Of a DNA stretch of 64,000 bases, positions 1-12,300 are shown piece after piece. The notes beneath the pieces were generated by a model. It did no database searches and had not been told where the DNA came from. It saw nothing but the letters and a program-made list of their open reading frames with translations. Position numbers and translations under genes: made by a program. Numbering within the stretch: position 1 is the stretch's first letter; each line of letters begins with the position of its first letter. This DNA is from Auanema rhodensis. Its lineage: Eukaryota; Animalia; Nematoda. The DNA lies in assembly GCA_964057225.1 (NCBI GenBank), contig OZ059899.1, positions 3,720,001 to 3,784,000 on the forward strand, read 5' to 3'.

Positions 1-17
1 GCACCGAGATATCAACT

Positions 18-39
18 GATATAAGTTCACACTTATATC
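18..39. other. Monomer dyad 1: perfect 9-bp inverted repeat, 4-nt loop
   Basis: GATATAAGT-tcac-ACTTATATC. It overlaps a smaller alternative dyad, ATATCA-ac-TGATAT (9-22). Confidence 0.92.
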
Positions 40-141
40 CTCGATTTTCACCCTGAAGAAATAATTTTTTCGTTGAATAACATTGTCCATCGTCTTTGCC
101 TTGAAAAATGGAATCTTAAAACATCTACTTTTCGCTAAATT

Positions 142-176
142 ATTTTGAAATTTTTCGAAAAAATTTTTGTCAAAAT
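142..176. other. Monomer dyad 2: imperfect palindrome centred on TTTTTCGAAAAA
   Basis: Perfect 12-bp palindrome at 151-162, flanked by complementary ATTTTGA (142-148) and TCAAAAT (170-176). Confidence 0.85.
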
Positions 177-189
177 GTTTTTGGAAGCA

Positions 190-217
190 ATGTTGAGTGT
201 ACATGGAAACTCAACAT
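190..217. other. Monomer dyad 3: perfect 9-bp inverted repeat, 10-nt spacer
   Basis: ATGTTGAGT-gtacatggaa-ACTCAACAT. Confidence 0.92.
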
Positions 218-291
218 ACACTAATGCATCATTTTTCAAACGATCATAACTAATTTTTGTATTAAGCGTTTCTCAATGTAGTATAGTGCAT

Positions 292-358
292 TCGATGCGG
301 ATTTTTAAGCTGCGTCGATCTGTGTTATCAGATTTGCGCTAGCTTAAAAATGCACCGA
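292..358. other. Monomer dyad 4: long imperfect hairpin (~67 bp)
   Basis: ATTTTTAAGCT (301-311) pairs perfectly with AGCTTAAAAAT (341-351). Inward: GCG/CGC after a 1-nt bulge, then ATCTG/CAGAT around the loop TGTTAT. Outward: TCGATGC/GCACCGA at 6/7 after a GG bulge. Confidence 0.9.
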
Positions 359-3300
359 GATATCAACTGATATAAGTTCACACTTATATCCTCGATTTTC
401 ACCCTGAAGAAATAATTTTTTCGTTGAATAACATTGTCCATCGTCTTTGCCTTGAAAAATGGAATCTTAAAACATCTACTTTTTGCTAAATTATTTTGAA
501 ATTTTTCGAAAAAATTTTTGTCAAAATGTTTTTGGAAGCAATGTTGAGTGTACATGGAAACTCAACATACACTAATGCATCATTTTTCAAACGATCATAA
601 CTAATTTTTGTATTAAGCGTTTCTCAATGTAGTATAGTGCATTCGATGCGGATTTTTAAGCTGCGTCGATCTGTGTTATCAGATTTGCGCTAGCTTAAAA
701 ATGCACCGAGATATCAACTGATATAAGTTCACACTTATATCCTCGATTTTCACCCTGAAGAATTAATTTTTTCGTTGAATAACATTGTCCATCGTCTTTG
801 CCTTGAAAAATGGAATCTTAAAACATCTACTTTTTGCTAAATTATTTTGAAATTTTTCGAAAAAATTTTTGTCAAAATGTTTTTGGAAGCAATGTTGAGT
901 GTACATGGAAACTCAACATACACTAATGCATCATTTTTCAAACGATCATAACTAATTTTTGTATCAAGCGTTTCTTAATGTAGTATTGTGCATTCGATCC
1001 GGATTTTTAATCTGCGTCGATCTGTGTTATCAGATTTGCGCTAGCTTAAAAATGCACCGAGATATCAACTGATATAAGTTCACACTTATATCCTCGATTT
1101 TCACCCTGAAGAAATAATTTTTTCGTTGAATAACATTGTCCATCGTCTTTGCCTTGAAAAAAGGAATCTAAAAACATCTACTTTTTGCTAAATTATTTTG
1201 AAATTTTTCGAAAAAATTTTTGTCAAAATGTTTTTGGAAGCAATGTTGAGTGTACATGGAAACTCAACATACACTAATGCATCATTTTTCAAACGATCAT
1301 AACTAATTTTTGTATTAAGCGTTTCTCAATGTAGTATAGTGCATTCGATGCGGATTTTTAAGCTGCGTCGATCTGTGTTATCAGATTTGCGCTAGCTTAA
1401 AAATGCACCGAGATATCAACTGATATAAGTTCACACTTATATCCTCGATTTTCACCCTGAAGAAATAATTTTTTCGTTGAATAACATTGTCCATCGTCTT
1501 TGCCTTGAAAAAAGGAATCTAAAAACATCTACGTTTTGCTAAATTATTTTGAAATTTTTCGAAAAAATTTTTGTCAAAATGTTTTTGGAAGCAATGTTGA
1601 GTGTACATGGAAACTCAACATACACTAATGCATCATTTTTCAAACGATCATAACTAATTTTTGTATTAAGCGTTTCTCAATGTAGTATAGTGCATTCGAT
1701 GCGGATTTTTAAGCTGCGTCGATCTGTGTTATCAGATTTGCGCTAGCTTAAAAATGCACCGAGATATCAACTGATATAAGTTCACACTTATATCCTCGAT
1801 TTTCACCCTGAAGAAATAATTTTTTCGTTGAATAACATTGTCCATCGTCTTTGCCTTGAAAAATGGAATCTTAAAACATCTACTTTTTGCTAAATTATTT
1901 TGAAATTTTTCGAAAAAATTTTTGTCAAAATGTTTTTGGAAGCAATGTTGAGTGTACATGGAAACTCAACATACACTAATGCATCATTTTTCAAACGATC
2001 ATAACTAATTTTTGTATCAAGCGTTTCTTAATGTAGTATTGTGCATTCGATCCGGATTTTTAATCTGCGTCGATCTGTGTTATCAGATTTGCGCTAGCTT
2101 AAAAATGCACCGAGATATCAACTGATATAAGTTCACACTTATATCCTCGATTTTCACCCTGAAGAAATAATTTTTTCGTTGAATAACATTGTCCATCGTC
2201 TTTGCCTTGAAAAAAGGAATCTAAAAACATCTACTTTTTGCTAAATTATTTTGAAATTTTTCGAAAAAATTTTTGTCAAAATGTTTTTGGAAGCAATGTT
2301 GAGTGTACATGGAAACTCAACATACACTAATGCATCATTTTTCAAACGATCATAACTAATTTTTGTATTAAGCGTTTCTCAATGTAGTATAGTGCATTCG
2401 ATGCGGATTTTTAAGCTGCGTCGATCTGTGTTATCAGATTTGCGCTAGCTTAAAAATGCACCGAGATATCAACTGATATAAGTTCACACTTATATCCTCG
2501 ATTTTCACCCTGAAGAAATAATTTTTTCGTTGAATAACATTGTCCATCGTCTTTGCCTTGAAAAAAGGAATCTAAAAACATCTACGTTTTGCTAAATTAT
2601 TTTGAAATTTTTCGAAAAAATTTTTGTCAAAATGTTTTTGGAAGCAATGTTGAGTGTACATGGAAACTCAACATACACTAATGCATCATTTTTCAAACGA
2701 TCATAACTAATTTTTGTATTAAGCGTTTCTCAATGTAGTATAGTGCATTCGATGCGGATTTTTAAGCTGCGTCGATCTGTGTTATCAGATTTGCGCTAGC
2801 TTAAAAATGCACCGAGATATCAACTGATATAAGTTCACACTTATATCCTCGATTTTCACCCTGAAGAAATAATTTTTTCGTTGAATAACATTGTCCATCG
2901 TCTTTGCCTTGAAAAATGGAATCTTAAAACATCTACTTTTTGCTAAATTATTTTGAAATTTTTCGAAAAAATTTTTGTCAAAATGTTTTTGGAAGCAATG
3001 TTGAGTGTACATGGAAACTCAACATACACTAATGCATCATTTTTCAAACGATCATAACTAATTTTTGTATCAAGCGTTTCTTAATGTAGTATTGTGCATT
3101 CGATCCGGATTTTTAAGCTGCGTCGATCTGTGTTATCAGATTTGCGCTAGCTTAAAAATGCACCGAGATATCAACTGATATAAGTTCACACATATATCCT
3201 CGATTTTCACCCTGAAGAAATAATTTTTTCGTTGAATAACATTGTCCATCGTCTTTGCCTTGAAAAATGGAATCTTAAAACATCTACTTTTCGCTAAATT

Positions 3301-6300
3301 ATTTTGAAATTTTTCGAAAAAATTTTTGTCAAAATGTTTTTGGAAGCAATGTTGAGTGTACATGGAAACTCAACATACACTAATGCATCATTTTTCAAAC
3401 GATCATAACTAATTTTTGTATTAAGCGTTTCTCAATGTAGTATAGTGCATTCGATGCGGATTTTTAAGCTGCGTCGATCTGTGTTATCAGATTTGCGCTA
3501 GCTTAAAAATGCACCGAGATATCAACTGATATAAGTTCACACTTATATCCTCGATTTTCACCCTGAAGAAATAATTTTTTCGTTGAATAACATTGTCCAT
3601 CGTCTTTGCCTTGAAAAATGGAATCTTAAAACATCTACTTTTTGCTAAATTATTTTGAAATTTTTCGAAAAAATTTTTGTCAAAATGTTTTTGGAAGCAA
3701 TGTTGAGTGTACATGGAAACTCAACATACACTAATGCATCATTTTTCAAACGATCATAACTAATTTTTGTATTAAGCGTTTCTCAATGTAGTATAGTGCA
3801 TTCGATGCGGATTTTTAAGCTGCGTCGATCTGTGTTATCAGATTTGCGCTAGCTTAAAAATGCACCGAGATATCAACTGATATAAGTTCACACTTATATC
3901 CTCGATTTTCACCCTGAAGAATTAATTTTTTCGTTGAATAACATTGTCCATCGTCTTTGCCTTGAAAAATGGAATCTTAAAACATCTACTTTTTGCTAAA
4001 TTATTTTGAAATTTTTCGAAAAAATTTTTGTCAAAATGTTTTTGGAAGCAATGTTGAGTGTACATGGAAACTCAACATACACTAATGCATCATTTTTCAA
4101 ACGATCATAACTAATTTTTGTATCAAGCGTTTCTTAATGTAGTATTGTGCATTCGATCCGGATTTTTAATCTGCGTCGATCTGTGTTATCAGATTTGCGC
4201 TAGCTTAAAAATGCACCGAGATATCAACTGATATAAGTTCACACTTATATCCTCGATTTTCACCCTGAAGAAATAATTTTTTCGTTGAATAACATTGTCC
4301 ATCGTCTTTGCCTTGAAAAAAGGAATCTAAAAACATCTACTTTTTGCTAAATTATTTTGAAATTTTTCGAAAAAATTTTTGTCAAAATGTTTTTGGAAGC
4401 AATGTTGAGTGTACATGGAAACTCAACATACACTAATGCATCATTTTTCAAACGATCATAACTAATTTTTGTATTAAGCGTTTCTTAATGTAGTATAGTG
4501 CATTCGATGCGGATTTTTAAGCTGCGTCGATCTGTGTTATCAGATTTGCGCTAGCTTAAAAATGCACCGAGATATCAACTGATATAAGTTCACACTTATA
4601 TCCTCGATTTTCACCCTGAAGAAATAATTTTTTCGTTGAATAACATTGTCCATCGTCTTTGCCTTGAAAAAAGGAATCTAAAAACATCTACGTTTTGCTA
4701 AATTATTTTGAAATTTTTCGAAAAAATTTTTGTCAAAATGTTTTTGGAAGCAATGTTGAGTGTACATGGAAACTCAACATACACTAATGCATCATTTTTC
4801 AAACGATCATAACTAATTTTTGTATTAAGCGTTTCTCAATGTAGTATAGTGCATTCGATGCGGATTTTTAAGCTGCGTCGATCTGTGTTATCAGATTTGC
4901 GCTAGCTTAAAAATGCACCGAGATATCAACTGATATAAGTTCACACTTATATCCTCGATTTTCACCCTGAAGAAATAATTTTTTCGTTGAATAACATTGT
5001 CCATCGTCTTTGCCTTGAAAAATGGAATCTTAAAACATCTACTTTTTGCTAAATTATTTTGAAATTTTTCGAAAAAATTTTTGTCAAAATGTTTTTGGAA
5101 GCAATGTTGAGTGTACATGGAAACTCAACATACACTAATGCATCATTTTTCAAACGATCATAACTAATTTTTGTATCAAGCGTTTCTTAATGTAGTATTG
5201 TGCATTCGATCCGGATTTTTAAGCTGCGTCGATCTGTGTTATCAGATTTGCGCTAGCTTAAAAATGCACCGAGATATCAACTGATATAAGTTCACACTTA
5301 TATCCTCGATTTTCACCCTGAAGAAATAATTTTTTCGTTGAATAACATTGTCCATCGTCTTTGCCTTGAAAAATGGAATCTTAAAACATCTACTTTTCGC
5401 TAAATTATTTTGAAATTTTTCGAAAAAATTTTTGTCAAAATGTTTTTGGAAGCAATGTTGAGTGTACATGGAAACTCAACATACACTAATGCATCATTTT
5501 TCAAACGATCATAACTAATTTTTGTATTAAGCGTTTCTCAATGTAGTATAGTGCATTCGATGCGGATTTTTAAGCTGCGTCGATCTGTGTTATCAGATTT
5601 GCGCTAGCTTAAAAATGCACCGAGATATCAACTGATATAAGTTCACACTTATATCCTCGATTTTCACCCTGAAGAAATAATTTTTTCGTTGAATAACATT
5701 GTCCATCGTCTTTGCCTTGAAAAATGGAATCTTAAAACATCTACTTTTTGCTAAATTATTTTGAAATTTTTCGAAAAAATTTTTGTCAAAATGTTTTTGG
5801 AAGCAATGTTGAGTGTACATGGAAACTCAACATACACTAATGCATCATTTTTCAAACGATCATAACTAATTTTTGTATTAAGCGTTTCTCAATGTAGTAT
5901 AGTGCATTCGATGCGGATTTTTAAGCTGCGTCGATCTGTGTTATCAGATTTGCGCTAGCTTAAAAATGCACCGAGATATCAACTGATATAAGTTCACACT
6001 TATATCCTCGATTTTCACCCTGAAGAATTAATTTTTTCGTTGAATAACATTGTCCATCGTCTTTGCCTTGAAAAATGGAATCTTAAAACATCTACTTTTT
6101 GCTAAATTATTTTGAAATTTTTCGAAAAAATTTTTGTCAAAATGTTTTTGGAAGCAATGTTGAGTGTACATGGAAACTCAACATACACTAATGCATCATT
6201 TTTCAAACGATCATAACTAATTTTTGTATCAAGCGTTTCTTAATGTAGTATTGTGCATTCGATCCGGATTTTTAATCTGCGTCGATCTGTGTTATCAGAT

Positions 6301-9300
6301 TTGCGCTAGCTTAAAAATGCACCGAGATATCAACTGATATAAGTTCACACTTATATCCTCGATTTTCACCCTGAAGAAATAATTTTTTCGTTGAATAACA
6401 TTGTCCATCGTCTTTGCCTTGAAAAAAGGAATCTAAAAACATCTACTTTTTGCTAAATTATTTTGAAATTTTTCGAAAAAATTTTTGTCAAAATGTTTTT
6501 GGAAGCAATGTTGAGTGTACATGGAAACTCAACATACACTAATGCATCATTTTTCAAACGATCATAACTAATTTTTGTATTAAGCGTTTCTCAATGTAGT
6601 ATAGTGCATTCGATGCGGATTTTTAAGCTGCGTCGATCTGTGTTATCAGATTTGCGCTAGCTTAAAAATGCACCGAGATATCAACTGATATAAGTTCACA
6701 CTTATATCCTCGATTTTCACCCTGAAGAAATAATTTTTTCGTTGAATAACATTGTCCATCGTCTTTGCCTTGAAAAAAGGAATCTAAAAACATCTACGTT
6801 TTGCTAAATTATTTTGAAATTTTTCGAAAAAATTTTTGTCAAAATGTTTTTGGAAGCAATGTTGAGTGTACATGGAAACTCAACATACACTAATGCATCA
6901 TTTTTCAAACGATCATAACTAATTTTTGTATTAAGCGTTTCTCAATGTAGTATAGTGCATTCGATGCGGATTTTTAAGCTGCGTCGATCTGTGTTATCAG
7001 ATTTGCGCTAGCTTAAAAATGCACCGAGATATCAACTGATATAAGTTCACACTTATATCCTCGATTTTCACCCTGAAGAAATAATTTTTTCGTTGAATAA
7101 CATTGTCCATCGTCTTTGCCTTGAAAAAAGGAATCTAAAAACATCTACGTTTTGCTAAATTATTTTGAAATTTTTCGAAAAAATTTTTGTCAAAATGTTT
7201 TTGGAAGCAATGTTGAGTGTACATGGAAACTCAACATACACTAATGCATCATTTTTCAAACGATCATAACTAATTTTTGTATTAAGCGTTTCTCAATGTA
7301 GTATAGTGCATTCGATGCGGATTTTTAAGCTGCGTCGATCTGTGTTATCAGATTTGCGCTAGCTTAAAAATGCACCGAGATATCAACTGATATAAGTTCA
7401 CACTTATATCCTCGATTTTCACCCTGAAGAAATAATTTTTTCGTTGAATAACATTGTCCATCGTCTTTGCCTTGGAAAATGGAATCTTAAAACATCTACT
7501 TTTTGCTAAATTATTTTGAAATTTTTCGAAAAAATTTTTGTCAAAATGTTTTTGGAAGCAATGTTGAGTGTACATGGAAACTCAACATACACTAATGCAT
7601 CATTTTTCAAACGATCATAACTATTTTTTGTATCAAGTGTTTCTCAATGTAGTATAGTGCATTCGATGCGGATTTTTAAGCTGCGTCGATCTGTGTTATC
7701 AGATTTGCGCTAGCTTAAAAAAGCACCGAGATATCAACTGATATAAGTTCACACTTATATCCTCGATTTTCACCCTGAAGAATTAATTTTTTCGTTGAAT
7801 AACATTGTCCATCGTCTTTGCCTTGAAAAATGGAATCTAAAAACATCTACTTTTTGCTAAATTATTTTGAAATTTTTCGAAAAAATTTTTGTCAAAATGT
7901 TTTTGGAAGCAATGTTGAGTGTACATGGAAACTCAACATACACTAATGCATCATTTTTCAAACGATCATAACTAATTTTTGTATTAAGCGTTTCTCAATG
8001 TAGTATAGTGCATTCGATGCGGATTTTTAAGCTGCGTCGATCTGTGTTATCAGATTTGCGCTAGCTTAAAAATGCACCGAGATATCAACTGATATAAGTT
8101 CACACTTATATCCTCGATTTTCACCCTGAAGAATTAATTTTTTCGTTGAATAACATTGTCCATCGTCTTTGCCTTGAAAAATGGAATCTTAAAACATCTA
8201 CTTTTTGCTAAATTATTTTGAAATTTTTCGAAAAAATTTTTGTCAAAATGTTTTTGGAAGCAATGTTGAGTGTACATGGAAACTCAACATACACTAATGC
8301 ATCATTTTTCAAACGATCATAACTAATTTTTGTATCAAGCGTTTCTTAATGTAGTATTGTGCATTCGATCCGGATTTTTAATCTGCGTCGATCTGTGTTA
8401 TCAGATTTGCGCTAGCTTAAAAATGCACCGAGATATCAACTGATATAAGTTCACACTTATATCCTCGATTTTCACCCTGAAGAAATAATTTTTTCGTTGA
8501 ATAACATTGTCCATCGTCTTTGCCTTGAAAAAAGGAATCTAAAAACATCTACTTTTTGCTAAATTATTTTGAAATTTTTCGAAAAAATTTTTGTCAAAAT
8601 GTTTTTGGAAGCAATGTTGAGTGTACATGGAAACTCAACATACACTAATGCATCATTTTTCAAACGATCATAACTAATTTTTGTATTAAGCGTTTCTCAA
8701 TGTAGTATAGTGCATTCGATGCGGATTTTTAAGCTGCGTCGATCTGTGTTATCAGATTTGCGCTAGCTTAAAAATGCACCGAGATATCAACTGATATAAG
8801 TTCACACTTATATCCTCGATTTTCACCCTGAAGAAATAATTTTTTCGTTGAATAACATTGTCCATCGTCTTTGCCTTGAAAAAAGGAATCTAAAAACATC
8901 TACGTTTTGCTAAATTATTTTGAAATTTTTCGAAAAAATTTTTGTCAAAATGTTTTTGGAAGCAATGTTGAGTGTACATGGAAACTCAACATACACTAAT
9001 GCATCATTTTTCAAACGATCATAACTAATTTTTGTATTAAGCGTTTCTCAATGTAGTATAGTGCATTCGATGCGGATTTTTAAGCTGCGTCGATCTGTGT
9101 TATCAGATTTGCGCTAGCTTAAAAATGCACCGAGATATCAACTGATATAAGTTCACACTTATATCCTCGATTTTCACCCTGAAGAAATAATTTTTTCGTT
9201 GAATAACATTGTCCATCGTCTTTGCCTTGAAAAAAGGAATCTAAAAACATCTACGTTTTGCTAAATTATTTTGAAATTTTTCGAAAAAATTTTTGTCAAA

Positions 9301-12300
9301 ATGTTTTTGGAAGCAATGTTGAGTGTACATGGAAACTCAACATACACTAATGCATCATTTTTCAAACGATCATAACTAATTTTTGTATTAAGCGTTTCTC
9401 AATGTAGTATAGTGCATTCGATGCGGATTTTTAAGCTGCGTCGATCTGTGTTATCAGATTTGCGCTAGCTTAAAAATGCACCGAGATATCAACTGATATA
9501 AGTTCACACTTATATCCTCGATTTTCACCCTGAAGAAATAATTTTTTCGTTGAATAACATTGTCCATCGTCTTTGCCTTGGAAAATGGAATCTTAAAACA
9601 TCTACTTTTTGCTAAATTATTTTGAAATTTTTCGAAAAAATTTTTGTCAAAATGTTTTTGGAAGCAATGTTGAGTGTACATGGAAACTCAACATACACTA
9701 ATGCATCATTTTTCAAACGATCATAACTAATTTTTGTATTAAGCGTTTCTCAATGTAGTATAGTGCATTAGATGCGGATTTTTAATCTGCGTCGATCTGT
9801 GTTATCAGATTTGCGCTAGCTTAAAAATGCACCGAGATATCAACTGATATAAGTTCACACTTATATCCTCGATTTTCACCCTGAAGAAATAATTTTTTCG
9901 TTGAATAACATTGTCCATCGTCTTTGCCTTGAAAAAAGGAATCTAAAACATCTACTTTTTGCTAAATTATTTTGAAATTTTTCGAAAAAATTTTTGTCAA
10001 AATGTTTTTGGAAGCAATGTTGAGTGTACATGGAAACTCAACATACACTAATGCATCATTTTTCAAACGATCATAACTAATTTTTGTATTAAGCGTTTCT
10101 CAATGTAGTATAGTGCATTCGATGCGGATTTTTAAGCTGCGTCGATCTGTGTTATCAGATTTGCGCTAGCTTAAAAATGCACCGAGATATCAACTGATAT
10201 AAGTTCACACTTATATCCTCGATTTTCACCCTGAAGAAATAATTTTTTCGTTGAATAACATTGTCCATCGTCTTTGCCTTGAAAAAAGGAATCTTAAAAC
10301 ATCTACTTTTTGCTAAATTATTTTGAAATTTTTCGAAAAAATTTTTGTCAAAATGTTTTTGGAAGCAATGTTGAGTGTACATGGAAACTCAACATACACT
10401 AATGCATCATTTTTCAAACGATCATAACTAATTTTTGTATTAAGCGTTTCTCAATGTAGTATAGTGCATTCGATGCGGATTTTTAAGCTGCGTCGATCTG
10501 TGTTATCAGATTTGCGCTAGCTTGAAAATGCACCGAGATATCAACTGATATAAGTTCACACTTATATCCTCGATTTTCACCCTGAAGAATTAATTTTTTC
10601 GTTGAATAACATTGTCCATCGTCTTTGCCTTGAAAAATGGAATCTTAAAACATCTACTTTTTGCTAAATTATTTTGAAATTTTTCGAAAAAATTTTTGTC
10701 AAAATGTTTTTGGAAGCAATGTTGAGTGTACATGGAAACTCAACATACACTAATGCATCATTTTTCAAACGATCATAACTAATTTTTGTATCAAGCGTTT
10801 TTCAATGTAGTATAGTGCATTCGATGCGGATTTTTAAGCTGCGTCGATCTGTGTTATCAGATTTGCGCTAGCTTAAAAATGCACCGAGATATCAACTGAT
10901 ATAAGTTCACACTTATATCCTCGATTTTCACCCTGAAGAAATAATTTTTTCGTTGAATAACATTGTCCATCGTCTTTGCCTTGAAAAAAGGAATCTAAAA
11001 ACATCTACTTTTTGCTAAATTATTTTGAAATTTTTCGAAAAAATTTTTGTCAAAATGTTTTTGGAAGCAATGTTGAGTGTACATGGAAACTCAACATACA
11101 CTAATGCATCATTTTTCAAACGATCATAACTAATTTTTGTATTAAGCGTTTCTCAATGTAGTATAATGCATTCGATGCGGATTTTTAAGCTGCGTCGATC
11201 TGTGTTATCAGATTTGCGCTAGCTTAAAAATGCACCGAGATATCAACTGATATAAGTTCACACTTATATCCTCGATTTTCACCCTGAAGAAATAATTTTT
11301 TCGTTGAATAACATTGTCCATCGTCTTTGCCTTGAAAAAAGGAATCTAAAAACATCTACTTTTTGCTAAATTATTTTGAAATTTTTCGAAAAAATTTTTG
11401 TCAAAATGTTTTTGGAAGCAATGTTGAGTGTACATGGAAACTCAACATACACTAATGCATCATTTTTCAAACGATCATAACTAATTTTTGTATTAAGCGT
11501 TTCTCAATGTAGTATAGTGCATTAGATGCGGATTTTTAATCTGCGTCGATCTGTGTTATCAGATTTGCGCTAGCTTAAAAATGCACCGAGATATCAACTG
11601 ATATAAGTTCACACTTATATCCTCGATTTTCACCCTGAAGAAATAATTTTTTCGTTGAATAACATTGTCCATCGTCTTTGCCTTGAAAAAAGGAATCTAA
11701 AAACATCTACTTTTTGCTAAATTATTTTGAAATTTTTCGAAAAAATTTTTGTCAAAATGTTTTTGGAAGCAATGTTGAGTGTACATGGAAACTCAACATA
11801 CACTAATGCATCATTTTTCAAACGATCATAACTAATTTTTGTATTAAGCGTTTCTCAATGTAGTATAGTGCATTCGATGCGGATTTTTAAGCTGCGTCGA
11901 TCTGTGTTATCAGATTTGCGCTAGCTTAAAAATGCACCGAGATATCAACTGATATAAGTTCACACTTATATCCTCGATTTTCACCCTGAAGAAATAATTT
12001 TTTCGTTGAACAACATTGTCCATCGTCTTTGCCTTGAAAAAAGGAATCTTAAAACATCTACTTTTTGCTAAATTATTTTGAAATTTTTCGAAAAAATTTT
12101 TGTCAAAATGTTTTTGGAAGCAATGTTGAGTGTACATGGAAACTCAACATACACTAATGCATCATTTTTCAAACGATCATAACTAATTTTTGTATTAAGC
12201 GTTTCTCAATGTAGTATAGTGCATTCGATGCGGATTTTTAAGCTGCGTCGATCTGTGTTATCAGATTTGCGCTAGCTTGAAAATGCACCGAGATATCAAC

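Larger units (their letters stand above)
1..351 (+). repeat. Representative monomer (~31% GC; dense A/T tracts at 104-182)
   Basis: Hand count of the consensus gives 57 C + 53 G in 351 bp. This copy differs from the next (352-702) only at position 133. Confidence 0.97.
1..9828 (+). repeat. Local ~6-monomer (2106-bp) higher-order repeat domain with an internal trimer duplication
   Basis: The ordered series 133C / consensus / 61T+263C,274T,285T,297C,309T / 109A,117A / 109A,117A,129G / 263C-297C starts at 1, 3160 and 5266. The rare 104G marker (ORF 'IPFSK') occurs at 7348 and 9454, 2106 bp apart. Confidence 0.8.

Noticed and set aside
68-84. CENP-B box-like TTTCGTTGAATAACATT
   Set aside because: It matches the TTCG....A half but lacks the essential CGGG. 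ATTCGATGCGG at 290-300 has the wrong spacing.
1-351. Monomer as a dimer of ~175-bp subunits
   Set aside because: I saw no convincing similarity between the halves by eye. A self-alignment would settle it.
292-358. tRNA, 5S rRNA, snRNA or rho-independent terminator in the hairpin region
   Set aside because: There is no cloverleaf, no recognisable A/B/C boxes or RNA-family motifs, and no gene context.
328-555. 75-aa minus-strand ORF (MYTQHCFQ...) present 56 times
   Set aside because: It is intact in only about 31% of monomers. The two commonest polymorphisms are nonsense changes in this frame (61T: TAT>TAA; 117A: AAG>TAG). The F/K/N/I-rich composition reflects the A/T tracts, and I recognise no domain.
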